Source of the DNA: Tubiluchus corallicola
Taxonomy: Eukaryota; Animalia; Priapulida
Assembly (NCBI GenBank): GCA_030141605.1
Contig: JAQGDQ010000707.1
Location: forward strand, 1-64,000
Length of the DNA stretch: 64,000 nucleotides
Direction of reading: 5' to 3'
Shown: in pieces, positions 56,801 through 64,000 of the stretch
Layout: each line of letters opens with the position of its first letter
Numbering within the stretch: position 1 is the first letter of the stretch
Notes under the pieces: model-generated
Told to the model about the DNA's origin: nothing
Database searches by the model: none
The model's input: only the letters and a program-made list of their open reading frames with translations
Position numbers and translations under genes: made by a program

Positions 56801-59800
56801 CGTTTTTTGCAAAACTTATACCTCTTATTTCTGAAGAACGGGAACGGGCCGAGGGTGGTACTGGGCATGGATAGATAGCCCGTTCAGCGGTGGGTGTAGT
56901 AGGCATATATAGAATTCCCGAGAGGGCCAGGGCGCCCCGCAACGGGCGTTTTCCCGGACCCAACTCGCGATTTTTTCGAAATTTTGGCCAAACAGCCTGC
57001 AGAAAAAACGTTCTAGCGTCGCCTGGTGGGACTCTCGGAAGGAGATATACGGCTCTTTACAAAGAGGAAGGACAGGGCTACACGATGATGTGGGTTATAT
57101 TTTAGGGCAAGTCCACTGAGAGGAGTATCAACGAGTTAATTAGGAGATCTATTTTCGGCAATTTTCACTTAGAAAACTGCTGACGCAAAGGCATTGTTGT
57201 GACGTCATCCATTGTATTCTGTCTATAATCTTATAGCTTTAATTCAGCAAAAAGCTACTACAACAAACAGTAGGCATGATGTTACGGGCTTTGTGTAATA
57301 AATGAGGACTAGGTAGGATGTTCGCGTATTATTGATTACACGTGGTTTTTACGCAAAATCTTTTGCGGTGCCTTTGCTATTTATTATATTATAGCACATA
57401 GTTTCAACTTTGTGAAAAATGTTTGGAATGGTTTTGTTGTAATGCTGTGCTGTTGGTGCTTGTGCTATAGGTGTCGTCATCGTTGCCACCATCATCATCA
57501 TCATCAACATCATGATCACCACGTGAGGTGGTGGATTTGATGTGGTGTGGTGGTGGTGTGCTTTGTGTGTTGTGCTATGGATGGTGTGGTGGGGTGATAG
57601 GGTGTGTGGGGTGTGGTGTGGGTAGTGTGGTATGGAGTGGGTGGGTGTTGTGGTGCAGTGCGGTGTGATGTGATGTGGTGGAGTATTATGGTGTGGGTGG
57701 TGTGGTGTGGTGTGTGGGTGGTGCAGTGCAGTGGCATGGTGTGGTGCAGTGTGGTGTGATGTGGTGGACTCGTATGGTGTGGGTGATGTGGTGTGGTGTG
57801 TAGGTGGGTGGGTGGTGTGGTGCAGTTTGGTGTTATGGTGTGGTGCTGTGCGGTGTGATGTGGTGGAGTGGTATGGTGTGGTGCAGTGTGGTGTGATGAG
57901 GTGGAGTGGTGTGGTGTGGATTTTGTGTTGATTTGTGCACAAAATTCTTTTTGTGGGGTTTGGCTAGTCCCTTATATTAATATTCTTGGTATATATATAA
58001 GATTCGAGGCTACAGCCCGGACGAGGGCACCATTTGCGGCGATCTATACATCAAAAGAAAGGTCTCGATCTAGTGTCGTCTCATTGATGGTTTATTTTTC
58101 GAATCGGGCCCACCGGGAGGAACGGGGGGCGAAAAACCTCCAAAAATGGCCATTTTCGGCCGTTTTTTGCAAAAGTTATACGGCTGAGATGTAGAGAACG
58201 GGAACGGGCCGAGGGGGGTGCTGGGTATGGATAGATAGCCCGTTCAGCGGTGGGTGTCATAGGCCTATTTAGAATTCCCGAGAGGGCCGCGGCGTCCCGC
58301 AACGGGCGTTTTCCCGGACCCAACTCGCGATTTTTTCGAAATTTTGATCAAACAGCCTGCGGAAAAAACGTTCTAGCGTCGCCCGGTGGGACTCTCGGAA
58401 GGAGATATGGGGCTCTTTACAAAGAGGAAGAACGGGGCTACACGATGGTGTGGGCTATATGTTAGGGCAGGTCCACCGAGAGGAGTATTGGCGAGTTAAT
58501 TAGGAGTTCTATTTTCGGCAATTTTCGCTTAGAAAACTATTGACGCAAAGGCATTGTTGTGACGTCATCCATTGTACTCTGCTGTAATCTTATAACTTTA
58601 ATTCAGCAAAAAGCTGCCTGCTACGGGTTTGCGTTAGTTAAACAAACGGTATGCAGGATGTTACGGGCGTTGTGTTATAAATGAGGACTGTGTAGGACGT
58701 TCGCGTATTATTGATTACACATGGTTTTTTATGCAAAATCTTTTGCGGGGCCTTTGCTATTTATTATATTATAGCACATAGTTTCAACTTTGTGAAAAAT
58801 GTTTGGAATGGTTTTGTTGCAATGCTGTGCTGTTGGTGCTTGTGCTATAGGTGTCGTCATCGTTGCCACCATCATCATCATCATCATCAACATCATGATC
58901 ACCACGTGAGGTGGTGGGTTTGATGTGGTGTGGTGGTGGTGTGCTTTGTGTGTTGTGCTATGGATGGTGTGGTGGGGTGATAGGGTGTGTGGGGTGTGGT
59001 ATGGAGTGGGTGGCGTGGTGTGTGGGTGGGTGGGTGTTGTGGTGCAGTGCGGCGTGATGTGGTGGAGTATTATGGTGTGGGTGGTGTGGTGTGGTGTGTG
59101 GGTGGTGCGGTGTGGTGTGGTGCAGTGGTATGGTGTGATGTGGTGGAGTCGTATGGTGTGGGTGATGTGGTGTGGTGTGTGGGTGGTGCAGTGTGCTGCA
59201 GTGGTGTGGTGCAGTGGTATGGTGTGATGTGGTGGAGTCGTATGGTGTGGGTGATGTGGTGCGGTGTGCTGCAGTGGTATGGTGTGGTGCGGTGTGGTGT
59301 GATGTGGTGGAGTGGTATGGTGTGGGTGGTGTGGTGTGTAGGTGGGTGGGTGGTGTGGTGCAGTGTGGTGTTATGGTGTGGTGCTGTGCGGTGTAATGTG
59401 GTGGAGTATTATGGTGTGGGTGGTGTGGTGTGGTGTGTGAGTGGTGCAGTGGTGTGCTGCAGTGGTATGGTGTGGTGTGATGTGGTGGAGTGGTATGGTG
59501 TGGGTGGTGTGGTGTGTAGGTGGGTGGGTGGTGTGGTGCAGTGTGGTGTTATGGTGTGGTGCTGTGCGGTGTGATGTGGTGGAGTATTATGGTGTAGGTG
59601 GTATGGTGTGGTGCGGTGCGATGAGGTGGAGTGGTATGGTGTGGTGCAGTGTGGTGTGATGAGGTGGAGTGGTGTGGTGTGGGTTGTGTGTTGATTTGTG
59701 CACAAAATTCTTTTTGTGGGGTTTGGCTAGTGTAGAATTAATCATCTAATTGTCTCAAAAATGTCTAGTAATGTCCACCACACCTTCAATGTTAAATTTT

Positions 59801-62800
59801 TCTCGTATAATATTATAATAAAGTGTGATGGTACCTGTGTGTTAGGCTTATGCGTGTATATAGTGCTCTAATTAAGTTTAGTTAATTCAGAGATGAGAAT
59901 GACAAACTGCAAAAAACTCTGAAACAGGCCAGGGGTTTGGGGGCCACCTAGGCTGCCAATGGGGTTGAGAGTCAAAGCCCTTTTGGAGCCAGCAACAAAT
60001 TGCAATTTTGTGACCATAGAGAGCCTCTAAGTGGACTTAAAATATCAATTACCTTGTTTCATGCATAATTTAAAATATCCAACTATCAAGGATACATGAT
60101 ACTTAATTGTCTCAAATACGCCTAAGTAATGGCCGCTCCTATGCAAAAGTATATAAAAACTGTCTGCAATTGACTCAAATAACTCCGCACAATTGATTCT
60201 ATATTTTTATACATAGAGATAAACACGTGGTTACACTGATGTACATGATGTAAGCAAAGTGACGGCCTGCCAACTAGCGGTCAACTCGTGAAACAATCAC
60301 TGTGTCCGTATTATGCAGAGTCTTTTAGCGATTCAGATTTTGTCTGAATTTTCTGATATTAATAAAAGGGACGTCCATCAAAAACTAGTTTAAATTAGTT
60401 TAGTTTAAACTTTATTTATTTAGAGTGGATTTACAAAACAGGTTGCATCTGATTCATGTATCTCCACTAATGAGTAATTATCAACTAGCTTGATTAGCCG
60501 TCAGCATGAGAATTTTAATGCCTCAAGTTCTAAAGTCGTATTTATATTTTTAGTCCAGATTTAGCTCTGCAGGAATCAGAATATTTGTAGAGGATCTCGA
60601 AGATTTCAGCATATGAAGAGCACCCGTATTGCTGTTTGTCAGGAGGCAATTCTTAACACATTTAACAATAAGAACTCCATGCAGTGTCGAGCAGATGTTT
60701 AACATTTAGAACACCTGATCATAAATAACTGTGGAAGTTTTTGCTGCAATATCATAAATAAACCACTTTGGTTGATTCAGCAAAAACTTCCATAGTTATT
60801 TAATTTGTCCGATGAAAACTGACTAGAAAAAGTCATTATTGAAATATTGATTTTTAATATTTGTTCAATTTCAGCACAGTTGATTCGGAGGTAAATTTGA
60901 CCAGACTCTGTAACATAGACTGCATGTGCACGGAGTCTACGTACAATCCTATATGTGGTAACGATGGAATTAGTTATTATTCTCCCTGCTACGCGGGATG
61001 TAAAACAAAGTCAGTCGATGAAGATGGCGCAGAGGTAAGAAATCTTTTGTTTAATGTTGTCAACCAATTGTGGATAATTTTTGTAGATAATTGTTTTCCT
61101 GCATTGTTTTGTGAGAGATTGTGAAAAATGTGATTTTTGTGATTATGCGAAAAAGCTTATTACAATATTCTGAAGACGGGCGTCTTATACATAGTTTGAT
61201 TGTGACCAAAATTTCACCTTTGATCTGAAGGCCGATGTTTTCAAGACTTTGACCTAAAAACCACATTTTATACGACTATGAATTTGGTTTCCGAAAGTCA
61301 CATTCAACAGCATTAGCACTAATTTAAATAACAAATGATAAACTTTCAATTCGGTTTTCCAAAGTCACATTCAACAGCATTAGCATGAATTGTAATAACT
61401 AATATAATTGCAGAGACGCTTGACAATAATCAGTATGTCTGTGACCTGTTCATAGATTTATCAAAGGCATTTGATACGGTAGATCATTGTATTCTTCTAG
61501 ACAAATTGCATTATTATGGTATAAGACATTCAGCTCAATCATGGTTCAAAAGTTATCTTTGTGATCGTCTCCAGTATGTCGAATTAAATGGATGTAAATC
61601 CAATACACTTCCAATTAAGCATGGTGTTCCCCAAGGTTCTACTCTAGGACCACTTTTATTTCTTCTATATATAAATGATATGCCACTAAGTTGCTCAAAT
61701 TTAATCTTCAGACTTTTTGCAGAAGACACAAATATTTTTTAAGTGATTCAAATATAGATAACTTGGAGAGTGTTATGAATACCCAGTTAAATAAAGTAAC
61801 AGAATGGTTGAATGTCAATAAGCTCTCATTGAATATTAATAAATCTAACTTCATGCTCCTAAAAAAGAAAAGGAGAACACCATTTGGGAATATTTCTTGA
61901 TGAGCACCTAGACTGGAAGTACCATAATAAAGCATAAATTGAGTAAAACCTTGGGAATCATCTATAAATTACGCAAGTTTGTTAATAGAGAAACATTGAT
62001 GAAAATCTATTACAGTTTAGTCTACCCATATCTAATATATGGCGTCATGTCTTGGGGTGGTGTATATACATGGCTCTGAAGACCAATGTTCTCAATACTT
62101 TTATCTGAAGACCAATGTTCTCAATACTTTTATCTGAAGACCAGTGTTTTGAATACTTTTATCTGAAGACCAATGTTCTCAATACTTTTATCTGAAGACC
62201 AGTGTTTTGAATAATTTTATCTGAAGACCAATGTTTTCAATACTTTTATCTGAAGGCCAATGTTTTCGATACTTTGTTTTGATTTAAATTAGAAAGACAG
62301 TGCAGTTCTTCCTGCTGTTTATCTCATGTAACTTTACCACAAAAAAATTGGTATTAAACATGCTTTAAGTATGCGCAAGAATTTTTGGGTTTTTGTTGAA
62401 GTTTCGTCAGTAAGCCTTTTCACAGTTTGTCCTGCGCACACGCAGTTGCTGTAGGTCAGAGCTTACGTGTACAGCAATGTCTCTTAACTACAGCCATTAT
62501 GTGACATATGTATAAAGCAAAGGCATCTGCTGCATCAGTTCAGTAACTTCAATTGTCTTGTTTTGGATTAGTCTGGGCGTAGAGTGATTTACTAGCAGGA
62601 TCTTGCTCGGGAACAAGAAAAAATGAACTAGATAAGATTCTAGCTAGCTGTTAAAACTGTTACTATTACAATAGCATGGACTGCAAGGCGTTGTCAAGTG
62701 TATACAAATACATTGTGTGGTGTACTTAACCTTTGACCTTTTCACAATCATCATATTCCTCAGTTATAAGTTACCATGAATAAATATGTAACAGACAGCC

Positions 62801-63071
62801 AGAGTGTGTCATTCTCACTGGGCACTGTTGTCAATCTGCCCTTTTCCTCATATCATGTTTGCAAACTGATACTCTTTTATCTTTAGATCTACGGAGATTG
62901 TGCTTGCATCATCGCCAATGCTACAGACATCAATGGCTTCCCAGCCGAAGCCATAGATAACATGTGTGAATCAGACTGTAGATGGCAGATTGGCGTCTTT
63001 CTCACTCTGTTCTTCGTTGTCATGGTACAAACATTTGTGTGCAGTATGCCTGCCCTCTCTGCTACTATAAG
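47838..63071 (+). CDS. SLCO4A1: SLCO/OATP paralogue 2 (SLCO4A1-like), 3'-incomplete; exons 47838-48477, 50287-50389, 50761-50882, 54499-54669, 55203-55292, 56249-56438, 60875-61034, 62887-63071
   Basis: Same internal exon lengths (103,122,171,90,190,160,185) and phases as paralogue 1; no stops; the last two exons are expected beyond the window. Confidence 0.92.
48501..48872 (+). mobile_element. MITE family A, reference full copy (~370 bp)
   Basis: Perfect inverted termini AATAAGCCTTTTCACAGTT / AACTGTGAAAAGGCTTATT plus a subterminal inverted repeat AGGTCAAAGGTTAA(A/G)TGTACCA. TSD (AT or TA) cannot be separated from the TIR by eye. Confidence 0.9.
48950..49465. repeat. 32-bp minisatellite, ~16 copies
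   Basis: Unit gtaacccgaccagtcatacagcagatgacaga. Confidence 0.95.
49935..50265. repeat. Degenerate ~40-bp T-rich minisatellite
   Basis: Recurring atgttctgatttcatgtttttatgtagtt. Confidence 0.8.
52076..53408. repeat. 121-bp satellite, ~11 copies
   Basis: atttctctgtatacag recurs every 121 bp. Confidence 0.96.
54018..54375. repeat. 25-bp minisatellite with internal TAGACA/TGTCTA inverted repeat, ~14 copies
   Basis: Unit aataatgtagacaatgatgtctaaa. Confidence 0.95.
54613..54965 (+). repeat. 60-62-bp array of the SLCO-2 exon 4 3' end plus donor, ~6 copies
   Basis: Same unit as 31097-31585. Confidence 0.92.
55474..55860 (-). mobile_element. MITE-A full copy
   Basis: taagccttttcacagtt ... aactatgaaaagtctt. 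Confidence 0.85.
56590..59730 (+). mobile_element. Non-autonomous Helitron, head-to-tail dimer (56590-57967; 57968-59730)
   Basis: 5' TC, 3' hairpin CACAAAA-TTCT-TTTTGTG then CTAG in both units; junction CTAG|TC; inserted at A|T without TSD (empty site catggtaa|tgtagaat seen in the family E copy at ~37900); internal (CAT)n and (GTG)n tracts. Confidence 0.88.
61265..62065 (+). pseudogene. Decayed CR1/L2-group LINE reverse transcriptase fragment
   Basis: FGFRKSHST, FIDLSKAFDTVDH.ILL.KL, GVPQGSTLGPLLFLLYIND, FAEDT (degenerate FADDT), WLNVNKLSLN; frameshifts and stops. Confidence 0.9.
62075..62275. repeat. ~31-bp minisatellite at the end of the LINE fragment
   Basis: Recurring tctgaagaccaatgttctcaatactttta. 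Confidence 0.88.
62411..62750 (+). mobile_element. MITE-A near-full copy
   Basis: taagccttttcacagtt start; colinear with 48501-48845. Confidence 0.82.
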
Positions 63072-63589
63072 GTACGATGTTAATAGGTTTAACTCTTTCA
63101 CAACTGCACCATTCAAAGTAGGTCATTATAAGACTTGTCATCATTAGATGTGCTTAACTGACATTAACTGAGTTTTTAAGCTATTATTTAATTATCAAAG
63201 ACTTATATGATTGTAGGTATTAAAATGTATACTTTTTACTTCATTTGAATAAGGTATAAAAAAATCCTGCAGTTTTCCTTTCAACGAAGATTAGTTGGGA
63301 TGCATTTTTGAAGTTAGTGTTTAGTTTTGGCCTTAGTCGTGTATGTGCTAATAAGTTTTACAAATTTGAATTAGTTTCTCAAATTAATAAATATCTTCAG
63401 TCTACCGTATTTAGCAGTAGAATTCATCTTGGTGGAATTACTATGATAACAAGTTATGACTTCCCATTTAAATTAGCAAAATGTTTCTTAGAATTGGAGA
63501 CACAATATAGTGTTGATTTGATATCATCCTGTGTTTAACATGTTGTAAACATTCGGGTTAAAAAAATTGCTTGTGTAGTATACTAAAAT

Positions 63590-64000
63590 CATCGTCATCG
63601 CCGTCTTCGTCATGATGATGATGGCGATGATGATGATGGCAATGATGAAGATGACGATGATAAACAGAAGGATGGTGATGGTAGTGTTGATGATGACGAT
63701 GATGATGATGGCGATGATGATGATGATGATGATGATGATGTGGTGATGATGGCAATGATGATGATGATGATGATGATGATAACGACGATGATGATGATGA
63801 TAGGAACAATGATTAAGAGAAGGATGGTGATGGTAGTGTTGATGATGACGATGATGATGATGGCGATGATGATGGTGATGATGATGGGAACGATGATAAA
63901 CAGAAGGATGGTGATGGTAGTGTTGATGATGACGATGATGATGATGGCGATGATGATGATGTGTGATGTGGTGATGATGGGAATGATGATGATGATGGTG
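63590..64000. repeat. Imperfect (GAT)n microsatellite with a higher-order repeat
   Basis: Direct reading; gaaggatggtgatggtagtgttgatga recurs three times. Confidence 0.93.

Overview
AT-rich, intron-containing metazoan (invertebrate-like) genomic DNA, not prokaryotic. Genes: a 3-coding-exon SLC52 riboflavin-transporter gene (5377-13270, +); one solitary quartet of replication-dependent core histone genes in two divergent pairs (H4<-/->H3, H2B<-/->H2A; no H1 seen); and two tandem SLCO/OATP (SLCO4A1-like) paralogues (25975-40609, complete, 10 coding exons; 47838->63071, running off the window). About a quarter of the window (hand estimate) is made of ~20 unrelated mini/microsatellite arrays, many built from local sequence such as exon ends with their splice donors, transposon termini and a LINE tail. 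Mobile DNA includes a head-to-tail Helitron dimer with a demonstrable A|T empty site, a hAT relic with both ends amplified into satellites, an internally deleted RTE with an 11-bp TSD nested in a mariner relic, Penelope fragments with degenerate hammerhead ribozymes, TTAA-flanked (Kolobok-like) elements, a CR1/L2 RT relic, and ~11 copies of a MITE carrying DR1-like nuclear-receptor motifs. Best leads: a ~25-nt histone downstream element shared by all four histone genes (it predicts the U7 guide), splice-donor arrays and patchy gene conversion in the SLCO pair, and pervasive local tandem amplification. All calls were made by eye; no searches or alignments were run.
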